A stretch of DNA of 64,000 nucleotides from Eledone cirrhosa (taxonomy: Eukaryota): contig OZ024756.1 of NCBI GenBank assembly GCA_964016885.1, positions 40,672,001 to 40,736,000 of the forward strand, in the 5' to 3' direction. Position numbers and translations under genes: made by a program. Positions 1 through 12,305 of this stretch are shown piece by piece. The notes under the pieces were generated by a model that saw only the letters and a list, made by a program, of their open reading frames with translations, had not been told where the DNA came from and searched no databases. The stretch's first letter is position 1. Each line of letters starts with the position of its first letter.

Positions 1-6
1 TAGTGT

Positions 7-510
7 GAGTTGTGATGTCACTGGTGCCAAGCTGTATCCACCTTTGTCTTTCCCTGGGACAACATATATATAATACATATACTGTGCCTATATATCATGA
101 GTTGTGATGTCACTGGTGCCAAACTATACCAGCCTTTGTCTTTCCCTGGGACAACATATATATAATACATATACTGTGCCTATATATCATGAGTTGTGAT
201 GTCACTGGTGCCAAACTATACCAGCCTTTGTCTTTCCCTGGGACAACATATATATAATACATATACTGTGCCTATATATCATGAGTTGTGATGTCACTGG
301 TGCCAAACTATACCAGCCTTTGTCTTTCCCTGGGACAACATATATATAATACATATACTGTGCCTATATATCATGAGTTGTGATGTCACTGGTGCCAAAC
401 TGTATCTGCCTTTGTCTTTCCCATTGACAACGTATATATAGTGTATATACTATATATATTGTGTGAGTTGTGATGTCACTGGTACATCAGCCTTTGTCTT
501 ACCCTTGGAC
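7..510. repeat. 92-bp tandem repeat (about 5.5 copies), probably in an upstream CCNDBP1 intron
   Basis: GAGTTGTGATGTCACTGGTGCC... recurs at 7, 99, 191, 283 and 375 (92-bp period), with a degenerate copy near 465. Confidence 0.9.
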
Positions 511-814
511 TTGATGAGGTGTAAATTACCTTTTTTTCCTTTTCCAGTTAAGTCCTGGGGTTGATTTAATTAAAAGTCTTCCCCATTAAACCACCCCATC
601 AACCCAACAGAAACAAAACTTTTGGCTTTGTGCTTCTTTTACTTGTAACAATTATTAAAGTTATAGCAATTATAATAATATCTCTTGTATCAATTGTTCA
701 AGTTATAACAATTATTATGTCTCTTGTAACAATTGTTAAAGTTATGGCCATGGCTACTCTAGTGTTTTCATTTTACTTGTAAGTTTCTATAATTATTTCT
801 GTTTATTTTTCCAG

Positions 815-3800
815 AAAACCTTAGTCTGTCACTTTCTCATGATGTAACTGTTATCTCAATGGCATTTTCTAAGACACCCTGTCCTACACCTGAAGTAAGT
901 TACTTCTTTCTCCTGTATTCTACATGTCTCATAATATATAAGAAATTACATCTCTCTCTCTCATCATTTAACATCTGTTGTTTGATGCCATCATGGGTTA
1001 AATGGGCTGTCACATTATGAGACTAATCAAGTCAGGTGACCATATCTTGCTCATCCGGAACTGTTTCTGGCTTGGTTACTACAGCTGAATACCATTCCCA
1101 ACACCAACCACATTTACCATGGCACCAAAACGATCATCTGACGGGGTGGACTGGGTGCTATTTTATCATATTGCACCAACACATTACAGGGTGGACTGGG
1201 TGCTATCTTTTTATCTATATCTTCTTTCTCTCAAGCTACAAGCTTATTTATTGAAATGTTTCTTATATATCATCTTCTTGTTGATTTTTCTGAATGCATT
1301 ATTATTGATCTATATGGAAATGAATTCCGTTTTTACTGTCTCTTGTAGGCTGTTACAAAAATGCTAAGTAAATTAGAGATGACAGCTTTAACATTTGTTG
1401 CCACTTTCTATATGCTCCCCAAAATACAAGGTAATAAGATTTTATTTTTCTATTTAAGGGATTTGTGCTGGTACTGACATATTTTGGAGGTTTATTATCT
1501 TTGTTGTTCCGCAGACTGGGAGGAAACATTTTAACCCTTTAGTATTTAAACCGGCCATATAAGACCAGAACTCTCTAACTTCTTTCTGTTCAAACTGGCT
1601 GTAACCAGTCACTCATACTAATATTAAGGTATTATTCTCAAAATAAATATCATCAAAATCTCATAGATTTGATATTATGTAAGATAAAGCCTTTACTGAG
1701 AAAATACAAGAGTAAATAAAGAGTAATCATCATCAATGCTAAAGGGTTAAGGGTTAAACAGTAAATATATATAAACCAGATATTGGTAGGGTTCATTTTA
1801 AGGATTAAACTGTTTAACAGACCCATTCTTTAAAAAAAAAAAATGTTACATTATTTAACTAACCCCTGAATATCAATTAAATTTTTTCCTTAAATATTTT
1901 ATTATTTTTATTTTCCAAATTAAAGGATTGTTGCTGAGAGATTGCTTTAGAAAGTCAACTATTGAACTAATTGAGAAAGTCAACACATTTATCAAATCCA
2001 TCCAGACAGGTAGTGCCATGTAAGAACAACTAAATTTTGCCAGTCAACAATTCCTCTCTCCTTCTTTCTCTCCCTCTAGGTCTCCTGTCGGTTAGCTTTA
2101 CCTGTAAAATCTATTCTGCAATTCTTCATTTAGACATTCTTCACAATTATTGACTTTTTTGCTCATAAAGTAATATTTATTATTTCTGTAACACTCTACA
2201 GCTGTCATAATCATCATCATTACATCCATTTTTCCATTCTTTGCATGGGTTGGACAGGTCCTTCTCAGCACAGCGTCTTCCCACTCGCTGAGCTGTATTG
2301 AGGAAAAAAATGTTCACTTTTGGAAGATGCAAAATTTCACATCATCATCATCATCATCATCACCACTAAATATCTATTTTCCACACTTGCATGAGTTAGA
2401 TGAGTTGTCTGATTATGGGACAAGTGAGGCCAGGTCTTGCTTGGAACTGTTTCTGGCTTGGTTTCTATGGTTGGATGCCTTTCCTAATGCCAACCACATT
2501 ACAGCGTGGACTGGGTGCTCGTTATCATGGCACCAAAACAACTATCTGATGAGATGGACTAGGTGCTTTTTGTCATGTCACCAGCACTATCGCCATACAG
2601 AGTGGACTCGGTGCTTTTTGTTGTGTCACTAGCATGACCACTTTTTTTTACTGTTCTGTATTATCATGATGTTGATGTAATATATTTCTAGAACCTTTTT
2701 TTTTATTCAGTATTGTAAAAACAATTTACTTTTATATTTGCAGTTCTCCTGAAATGCTGTACAAAACTGGGATAGTATGGGAGCACTCTGACTTCTTCAG
2801 TACTCAACCAAAAGGTAAATATCTAATAAGGCTTGAAATGGTTTAGTTTACTGTTTAAATAAATATGTCATCATATCCTTGGATTGACCACACTACAAGA
2901 TGTCTCATTCGGTCTCTCTCTGCCTATCCCTACTCCCATGCTCAGACTCAGAATGTTTTGTTTCCCCACAGATAACAAACAAGCTGTGGTAGATATAATG
3001 GTTGTATCAATGGGTCTTATTAATGATGCTTTACAAGAACTGGAACAGGTAAACGACAATTTTCTACCGTATCATAGATTCTGTTCTAAAGACATTTGTC
3101 TCCTTTACTAACAATAGCTGGAATCATCCCTGCAAACACACTCCTTACTCTTAAATAAGCTGGAAACACCCACCTCTACTAAAAAGAATCTATAATTTAA
3201 TTTTATGTATATTTAAGAAAATATAATTAACTTATTTTTTAACTATTTGACTTTACTGACATCACTAAGGCCTTTTCATAGTAAACTGCTCTGAATGCAA
3301 AATTGTTCATTTAAGCATTTTTATTCTTAAATTAAATCCTTTTATTGTGATTTTATTTTAGAAAATATTTTAAGTATTCTTTTAAACACAAGTGTACTAA
3401 TGAAATATTTAGTTATTTTATTAAATTCCTCTAAATGTTTGGCAGAAATATGATAACAAAAGGGTTAAACACATTGAGTGTATTTCATTAGAAATATGGT
3501 AACAAAAGGGTTAAACACATATTGAGTGTATTTCATTAGAAATATGGTAATGAAAGGGTTATATGGTCGTGATTATCATACCATCTCATTCTCTTCTCTT
3601 TTAAGACACATGTATTGTTTGTATTTCCAGTGTGTAATTGAAAATGGTCAGTTTGATGATATTGAGGATATCATCAGTGGTGACAATTGTAATGCAGATG
3701 AATGGAGTGAAGAAGACAAGGTCCTGCTTGCACCTAGTCAAGGTCTTGTTAAGGTTGCTAATTATGTGCTCAAGAAAGCAGTTAAAGCCACCGTTAAAAA

Positions 3801-4942
3801 TGGTAAATGTGACACTGTCAAACAGATTAGTCAATTTGATGACCTGGCAGATCATGTGAAGAAGTTGAGTCCTGCAGTTGACCAATTAGGTATTGCTCTA
3901 TATCCACCAATGGGACACAGGTTCGTCCGAGCTTATGTAAGTATTATTGTTTATTAATTTTGTAGTGTTTGTATGAGCATGTGTATTATATATATAGATA
4001 TATATATTGGTGTGCTACACTGCAGAAGACCCAACCTCCCATGTCTACAGGATGAAAAAAAATGTAGAAGACAGTCTTTACAAGGCTATAATTAACACAA
4101 CACACACTAATTACAAGGCTATAATTAACACAACACACACTAATTACAAGGCTATAATTAACACAACACACACTAATTACAAGGCTATAATTAACACAAC
4201 ACACACTAATTACAAGGCTATAATTAACACAACACACACTAATTACAAGGCTATAATTAACACAACACACACTAATTACAAGGCTATAATTACCATAACA
4301 TACACTAATCACAAACAAAAATAAAATGCTATCGCTAATGATTAAATGTTAAATATATTTCTTTTTAATTCTTATTTCAGTCTCAACACTTGGCTGAAAT
4401 TTTGAGGAACCTTTTAAGCTGTCTCAAGTAAGTTGTTGGTTTATATTTACTTTTAGGGATCTTATGTATGTTTATATTTACTATTATGTATCTTATGTAT
4501 GTTTATATTTACTATGTATGTTTCACTTTTTCTGTGTGTAGCTTGATTTTTAAAATAGACACACTGTATTCCTGCGTGTTGTAAGAAGCAACTAAATTGG
4601 TTGGCATCAACACCTCTTGACCTAATCTATACTTTATTGATAACACCTCCTGGACTAGTCTATATTTACTGAAGGTGAATCAATGTAAGGCATGTTCTTG
4701 AAGATGTAATTATGTCAACTAATTCCCTCCAAATCCTTGATTATTTTCCAAATTATTTGAAAAGATTTCATCAGAAATATGGTAACAAAAGAGTTAATTT
4801 ATTGTGGAAAGTTATTAAAATCTCTAATAAACTGTGTTGCAGGTCATCTCATGTAACTGGTGAAGATGATGAACAATGGTTGGAATTCTTGTTGAAAGGT
4901 GTTGAACATAACACTGAAATAATATATGGCCTCACTCAGTGA
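815..4942 (+). CDS. CCNDBP1: Cyclin-D1-binding protein 1 homolog (GCIP), 5'-partial, 8 coding exons in window
   Basis: Phase-consistent GT-AG exons 815-894, 1349-1430, 1926-2019, 2744-2814, 2972-3048, 3631-3936, 4381-4427 and 4843-4942 (TGA). Peptides SMAFSKTPCP, FYMLPKIQG, TGIVWE, DNKQAV, INDALQELEQ, WSEEDKVLL, LSPAVDQLGIALYPPM and WLEFLLKGVEHN match the GCIP/CCNDBP1 family as recalled. AATAAA at 4986-4991. Confidence 0.88.
1535..1746. mobile_element. piggyBac-type MITE family A copy
   Basis: TTAA|CCCTTTAGTATTTA ... ATGCTAAAGGG|TTAA; interior matches the copy at 29747-29964. Confidence 0.8.
2340..2640 (-). mobile_element. SINE family B copy with (GAT)n tail and internal tandem subrepeats
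   Basis: Shares GGCTTGGTTTCTA..GGATGCC..TTCCTAATGCCAACCAC and GTGGACTGGGTGC motifs with copies at about 960-1210, 11420-11612, 28560-28780, 34730-34880 and 44400-44680. Confidence 0.65.
4078..4315. repeat. 33-bp intronic minisatellite (about 7 copies)
   Basis: Unit TACAAGGCTATAATTAACACAACACACACTAAT; explains ORFs 3986-4318 and 4007-4324. Confidence 0.92.
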
Positions 4943-5104
4943 CTCTTTTAAAATTTTATTGTATATACACTTCTGAAGAATTGTAAATAAAGCCTTTTAT
5001 AAAGTGAACACTTTTAGTTTGTCTTTTTTTTTTTTTTTTACAATAAATTCAGTTTTATATGTGACTATCATGTATATTTAATATGTAAATATTTTATGTG
5101 TCTA

Positions 5105-5235
5105 TCATCATTTTACGTCCGCTTTTCCCTGCTTGCAAGGGTGGAACGGGTCCTATTCAACACAGCATCTCTCCACCTTTCGCAATCTAAGGTCTGCTCT
5201 CACCACCTCCGCCCATGTTTTTCGTGGTCTTCCCC
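5105..5235 (-). mobile_element. RTE-clade LINE 3' remnant
   Basis: Minus strand encodes [16 protein letters not shown], a typical RTE ORF2 C-terminus. A second copy lies at about 35460-35660. Confidence 0.7.
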
Positions 5236-5248
5236 TATTATACATACA

Positions 5249-5325
5249 CAGGGTGTCCCAAAAATATATACACACTTCAACAGCATTCCAATAAATATAT
5301 GTATACATTTTTAAGGGACACCCTG
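5249..5325. mobile_element. Tc1/mariner-type mini-MITE
   Basis: Termini CAGGGTGTCCC ... GGGACACCCTG followed by TA; a related copy is at 45848-45946. Confidence 0.75.
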
Positions 5326-6068
5326 TATATATATATAGAGAGAAAGAGAGTGTAAAATGTAACACAAGCTTTAGTATAAAATTACAACTGTAGACAAGAT
5401 GAGAATTTTAAAAAGTTTATTGGAAAAAAAAAAAAAACACCCATGCTTTGATAAAAATAAGTATTTTTACAAAATCTCAACAGAGCATGTTTTGTACTTT
5501 TTTATCACAAAAAAAAAATCTCATTAAGACTGAACTTTGCAAAGGTTAATTTTTCGTTTTTTTCCTAACTTAAATACTCTAACTTTTAATAGTTTTCTTA
5601 CATCAAACGTATTTTATTATGTGTGTGTTGAAACAACTTATAGAATATAAGAGAATTATTTCCCTTGATCTAATGGACACTGAATGATGATGCTTCACTG
5701 ATGAGGTCTAATAATACTGAAACATGTCCAGTATTGTCACTGTATCTGTACAATTATTAACTATTAATTAATTGGAACTTGAGTGAATCAGCTCATTGCC
5801 CCTCCCTTTTAGTTTGATAGGAATGTAGTGTTTATTAGTTCAATATATTGTGTTTATCAAATTAAAGATATTAGCCCTTACTAATTCATTATGATGGTTG
5901 ACTTGGTAGAGACATTAGAATATTGGGAGTTTGTTCTTGGTCCCTGAACATTTGCTGTTTGTTCCTGGTCCTCGAGTTCTGAGTTCAAGTCTCACATTGC
6001 CTTTTATCTTTCTGGTGCAGCCCTTTCTCTCCCATTTGTCACATCTTCGATGTATAGTGAGTGAGCCA

Positions 6069-6117
<49 letters not shown>

Positions 6118-6511
6118 GAAGTAGTTCCACAACAGTTAATACACCATTATCGAGAACAATTTATTTCACCCGAAACAGATCAGTGAAACAAATTGTTCTG
6201 GGTAATGGTATTTTAACTTGTGGAACTACTTCTACCAAACACCCCCCCATGGACTGAGTGCTCTACTACTACAGATATAACCCACCAGCGGTAAGTGGCT
6301 GACTCACTACAGCCCCCCCCCCCCCCCCATTTTCTTATAGTCATTATCTTTCTATTTTTTTTCTTCAATCTCTCTCTTATTCTGTATTCCAACGAGGGAT
6401 TAATGTCCGAAACATTAAGACTCTTTTCCTATTATATCAAGTGGTAAACTAATATACTACACCATCGTATTTTATTGCTCTTTTGTGTTATTTTTCCTTG
6501 TTGAACTTTCT

Positions 6512-6543
<32 letters not shown>

Positions 6544-6765
6544 TTCCACGCTAGCATGGATTCAAAGATTGTCCCATTGTGAAACAAGTCAGATCAGGTG
6601 ACCATGTCTTGCTCATTCAGCTCTTTTATGCTTCTTCATCTAGTACTTCATTAATTTTAACATTTTTATAATTCTGAATATTTTCTAGTTTTTTTCTTTG
6701 GGTTTGTCTCTCGACCTGAGATGATAGAACATCCAGATATTGTGAATGTGGATATGAAACTATTT

Positions 6766-9700
6766 CTACGCATCTTTCTTTTCAGTAGTTATGGCTTCGG
6801 GTTCTTGTGCGAGGTACCAGTATAGGAATAGGTACACGGCAGCAATTATAATTAGAAATGACACCACAACCAGTATCACATCCTGCAATGAAAAGATAGC
6901 AATATTAACCACAATAATACACAAAATAAAGTTATAAAAAGAGGGTCTTAAACAACTTAAGGCTGTTTTTACAGGAGTACTTAACCACAGTAATACAGCT
7001 AGACACCCTTCCTATCACCAATACTAGGTTTACTACAGCTAGACACCCTTCCTATCACCAACACTAGGTTTACTACAGCTAGACACCCTTCCTATCACCA
7101 GCACTAGGTTTACTACAGTTGGATACCCTTCCTATCACCAATACTAGGTTTACTACAGCTAGATACCCTTCCTACCACCAACACTAGGTTTACTACAGCT
7201 AGACACCCTTCCTATCACCAGCACTAGGTTTACTACAGCTAGATACCCTTCCTACCACCAACACTAGGTTTACTACAGCTAGATACCCTTCCTATCACCA
7301 ACACTAGGTTTACTACAGCTAGACACCCTTCCTATCACCAGCACTAGGTTTACTACAGTTGGATACCCTTCCTATCACCAATACTAGGTTTACTACAGCT
7401 AGATACCCTTCCTATCACCAACACTAGGTTTACTACAGCTAGACACGCTTCCTATCACCAACACTAGGTTTACTACAGCTAGACACCCTTCCTATCACCA
7501 ACACTAGGTTTACTAGTTGGATACCCTTCCTATCACCAATACTAGGTTTACTACAGCTAAATACCCTTCCTATCACCAACACTAGGTTTACTACAGCTAA
7601 ATACCCTTCCTATCACCAATACTAGGTTTACCACAGCTAAATACCCTTCCTATCACCAATACTAGGTTTACCACAGCTAAATACCCTTCCTATCACCAAT
7701 ACTAGGTTTACCACAGCTAAATACCCTTCCTATCACCAACACTAGGTTTACTACAGCTAGACACCCTTCCTATCACCAACACTAGGTTTACTAGTTGGAT
7801 ACCCTTCCTATCACCAATACTAGGTTTACTACAGCTAAATACCCTTCCTATCACCAACACTAGGTTTACCACAGCTAAATACCCTTCCTATCACCAACAC
7901 TAGGTTTACTACAGCTAGACACCCTTCCTATCACCAACACTAGGTTTACTAGTTGGATACCCTTCCTATCACCAATACTAGGTTTACTACAGCTAAATAC
8001 CCTTCCTATCACCAACACTAGGTTTACCACAGCTAAATACCCTTCCTATCACCAACACTAGGTTTACTACAGCTACATACCCTTCCTATCACCAACACTA
8101 GGTTTACCACAGCTAAACACCCTTCCTATCACCAATACTAGGTTTACCACAGCTAAATACCCTTCCTATCACCAACACTAGGTTTACTACAGCTACATAC
8201 CCTTCCTATCACCAACACTAGGTTTACCACAGCTAAATACCCTTCCTATCACCAACACTAGGTTTACCACAGCTAAACACCCTTCCTATCACCAATACTA
8301 GGTTTACTACAGCTAGATACCCTTCCTATCACCAACACTAGGTTTACTACAGCTAAATACCCTTCCTATCACCAATACTAGGTTTACTACAGCTAAATAC
8401 CCTTCCTATCACCAACACTAGGTTTACCACAGCTAAACACCCTTCCTATCACCAATACTAGGTTTACTACAGCTAGATACCCTTCCTATCACCAACACTA
8501 GGTTTACTACAGCTAAATACCCTTCCTATCACCAATACTAGGTTTACTACAGCTAAATACCCTTCCTATCACCAATACTAGGTTTACTACAGCTAAATAC
8601 CCTTCCTATCACCAACACTAGGTTTACTACAGCTAGACACCCTTCCTATCACCAACACTAGGTTTACTACAGCTAAATACCCTTCCTATCACCAACACTA
8701 GGTTTACTACAGCTAAATACCCTTCCTATCACCAACACTAGGTTTACTACAGCTAAATACCCTTCCTATCACCAACACTAGGTTTACTACAGCTAGATAC
8801 CCTTCCTATCACCAACACTAGGTTTACTACAGCTAAATACCCTTCCTATCACCAACACTAGGTTTACTACAGCTAAATACCCTTCCTATCACCAACACTA
8901 GGTTTACTACAGCTAGATACCCTTCCTATCACCAACACTAGGTTTACTACAGCTAAATACCCTTCCTATCACCAACACTAGGTTTACTACAGCTAAATAT
9001 CCTTCCTATCACCAACACTAGGTTTACTACAGCTAGATACCCTTCCTATCACCAACACTAGGTTTACTACAGCTAGATACCCTTCCTATCACCAACACTA
9101 GGTTTACTACAGCTAGATACCCTTCCTATCACCAACACTAGGTTTACTACAGTTGGATACCCTTCCTATCACCAATACTAGGTTTACTACAGCTAAATAC
9201 CCTTCCTATCACCAACACTAGGTTTACTACAGCTAGATACCCTTCCTATCACCAACACTAGGTTTACTACAGCTAGATACCCTTCCTATCACCAACACTA
9301 GGTTTACTACAGTTGGATACCCTTCCTATCACTAATACTAGGTTTACTACAGCTAAATACCCTTCCTATCACCAACACTAGGTTTACTACAGCTAGATAC
9401 CCTTCCTATCACCAACACTAGGTTTACTACAGCTAAATACCCTTCCTATCACCAACAGTAGGTTTACTACAGTTGGATACCCTTCCTATCACCAATCACT
9501 TTATACTGCAAAACAAAAAGCCCCTCTTTACAAAAAAGAGGGAAAAAACCTGATAGAAACATCTTACTGTAATAAACCTGGTCAGATTTTACAGGCATAA
9601 CCAACTGACAGAAGACCTAGAGCAAGATGGTTGGATAACATCCATAAGCTTGGCTGGTCTCACTTGGGGAAGTGGTTGCTTCTTAGAAGACCTGCCAGAA

Positions 9701-10865
9701 GGAGTGTTTGAGGACTCTGACACCCCTACCCCCTGACACTCAGGAATAAGTGGGCAAAGAAGAAAAATGTCTTACTGTAATAAACCTAATATAAATGTCT
9801 TAATGTAATAAACCAAATAAAAATGTCTTACTGTAATAAACCTAATATAAATATCTTACTGTAATAAACCTAATATAAAAATATCTTACTGTAATAAACC
9901 TAATATAAAAATGTCTTACTGTAATAAACCTAATATAAATATCTTACTGTAATAAACCTAATATAAAAATATCTTACTGTAATAAACCTAATATAAAAAT
10001 ATCTTACTGTAATAAACCTAATATAAAAATGTCTTACTGTAATAAACCTAATATAAATATCTTACTGTAATAAACCTAATATAAAAATATCTTACTGTAA
10101 TAAACCTAATATAAAAATATCTTACTGTAATAAACCGAATATATCTTACTGTAATAAACTTAATATAAAAATATCTTACTGTAATAAACCTAATATAAAT
10201 ATCTTACTGTAATAAACCTAATATAAAAATATCTTACTGTAATAAACCTAATATAAATATCTTACTGTAATAAACTTAATATAAATGTCTTACTGTAATA
10301 AACCTAATATAAAAATATCTTACTGTAATAAACTCAATATAAATGTCTTACTGTAATAAACCTAATATAAATATCTTACTGTAATAAACCTAATATAAAA
10401 ATATCTTACTGTAATAAACCTAATATAAATATCTTACTGTAATAAACTTAATATAAAAATATCTTACTGTAATAAACCTAATAAAAATATCTTACTGTAA
10501 TAAACCTAATATAAAAATATCTTACTGTAATAAACTTAATATAAATGTCTTACTGTAATAAACTTAATATAAATGTCTTACTGTAATAAACCTAATATAA
10601 ATGTCTTACTGTAATTGGCATCGAAGATTTCTTTAAATCAGCCTTTTTTTTTACTTCTTTGTTATCTTTTTTGGCTTTTTTCAAATTTTCTTTACCTGAA
10701 AAAACAATAAAAAGACTTCTGTTAGAATTACTGTGGTACTAGTAAAGACTTCTGTTAGAATTACTGTGGTACTAGTAAAGACTAATGTTAGAATTATTTA
10801 CCAATTTGTTTTCGGTGTTGTTCTCCAGATGAAAGGTGACTTGCTTGTGCATCTTTTTTTGCCAT
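6766..10865 (-). CDS. TRIQK: Triple QxxK/R motif-containing protein (88 aa, single C-terminal TM helix), 3 coding exons
   Basis: Exons 10865-10802 (MAKKDAQASHLSSGEQHRKQI), 10695-10610 (GKENLKKAKKDNKEVKKKADLKKSSMPIT) and 6882-6766 (DVILVVVSFLIIIAAVYLFLYWYLAQEPEAITTEKKDA*). All are GT-AG and phase-consistent. The QxRKQIGK motif, basic middle and TM helix match TRIQK as recalled. Confidence 0.88.
6995..9497. repeat. 40-bp minisatellite (about 62 copies) in a TRIQK intron
   Basis: Unit ACTAGGTTTACTACAGCTAGATACCCTTCCTATCACCAAC with few variants. Confidence 0.97.
9580..9769 (+). mobile_element. 5'-truncated RTE (Rex3/Expander-like) LINE fragment
   Basis: Encodes RPRARWLDNIHKLGWSHLG and ends in GAAGAAAAA; homologous to 55297-55558; flanked on both sides by TCTTACTGTAATAAACCT. 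Confidence 0.7.
9770..10615. repeat. 28-30-bp minisatellite (about 29 copies) containing the TRIQK exon-2 donor site
   Basis: Unit CTTACTGTAATAAACCTAATATAAA(AA)TAT; on the minus strand each unit reads ATTACA|GTAAGA, the same as the true junction at 10610/10609. Confidence 0.95.
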
Positions 10866-11129
10866 ATTTTCTTGTTCTGAGAACAATTTCCAGTCAATAT
10901 CTTTGGTAAATATACAAAATTCTGCAATGGAAGAACAATAGATGTACAAAATATTTGACCTTTGAAATGGTGACCTCTTCCAATAATTAGGCCACAATAT
11001 CCAAAGATTCTTAACAACTTTTCTCTTTGTATTGTGAAAGATAAACCTGTATTTTGAAGATGCTGGGAGCATTTGAAATTGTGAGAGTCCCAAATGCAGA
11101 ATATAACTGTAATGACAGCTGATCACTAT

Positions 11130-11322
11130 AAATAATTGTTTCTACTTTAGGCACAGGGCCAGCAATTACCCAGTGCATTACTGGTACTTTATTTTATCGA
11201 CCCCGTAAGGATGAAAGGCAAAGTCAACCTCGGCGGGATTTGAACTCAGATCATAAAGGGACGTAACTATGCTGGAAAGCATGGCGTCCGACCCTCTACC
11301 GATACTGCCAATCCACCGCCCT
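11130..11322 (-). mobile_element. tRNA-derived SINE family A copy
   Basis: Pol III B-box-like GAGTTCAAATCCC followed by the core TTTGCCTTTCATCC..GGGGTCGATAAAATAAAAGTACCAG. Very similar to 41205-41398. More copies at about 11645, 14770, 14965, 15180, 15315, 18850, 25300, 38070, 38300, 43750, 51875, 56640 and 62225. Confidence 0.8.
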
Positions 11323-11924
11323 ATAAATAATAGTTGAGATAAATTGAGCAAATTACTCTTAGAGGTGGAAAAATGTGGACACAGCTGCCCCACCTGCTAA
11401 TACAAAGAGCACCCAGTTCACACTGTGCCAGGATAAAAGGTACCTGGTCCATGGTAGCATTAGGAAGGGCATCCAGCTGTAGAAACCAGGCCAGAAACAG
11501 TTCTGTATGAAGAAGACTCAATCATCTGATCTGACGTCTCTCACAACGGGACAACTTGTCTAACCCATGCTAGCATGGAAAAAAATGGACGTTTAACGGT
11601 GATGATAATGATACATATTTTATTATCATTATTTATTACTACCAAGGGCAGTGGATTGGCAGAGCGGCAGATGACATGCTCTGCAGCGTATAGTTACGGC
11701 CCTTTATGTTTTGAGCTCGAATCCTGCCAACGTTAGCTTTGCCTTTCATCCTTACAGGGTTCATAAAGTACCACTAATGCACAGGTGTCAATTGAATTGA
11801 CTTTCCCTGATTCCCACCAAATTGCTGGCATTGTGCTTAAATTAGACACCATTATATTACAGGTACTTGGTTAATTGATCATCACCATAATCACTATCAT
11901 CATCACCATCACTATCATCGTTTT

Positions 11925-12088
11925 TCATCTATGACGGCTTATGAGACGCACATTTATTTCTTCTAAAAAATGTTCCAGAAAATCACCCTGCGTCTTATAA
12001 GGTCAAAGGTCAGTTTGGGTTACTGCTGCTGTGGCCCTTAAGTTAAACCGCAAATAGAGGTGCGTCTTATAAGCCATCAAATACGGTA
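11925..12088. mobile_element. pogo/Tigger-like non-autonomous DNA element
   Basis: Right end TGCGTCTTATAAGCCATCAAATACGGTA; degenerate inverted left end GACGGCTTATGAGACGCA. Confidence 0.55.
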
Positions 12089-12156
12089 TTAAAAAAAAAA
12101 CAGGGATGTGACATTTGTAATATCAAAATAAACGAATTAAACTCAACTCTTCATAC

Positions 12157-12305
12157 TTTTGCGGTCTTGTCCACGGGGCGCAGCCACAACACAGCCGCGA
12201 CCTAGTCCTAGAGCCCATCTACTGCCCTCATCCCATTCCCATTCCCATTCTTCTGTGACCCTAGAAGAGCCTTTGCCTTCCGTTCGTTTTCAGTTTTTAA
12301 ATATC
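12157..12305 (-). other. Probable non-coding 5' exon of TRIQK
   Basis: Locally GC/CpG-rich unique sequence bounded on the minus strand by CTACAG and AAAA|GTATGA, 1.3 kb upstream of the ATG exon (acceptor at 10876). Confidence 0.45.
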
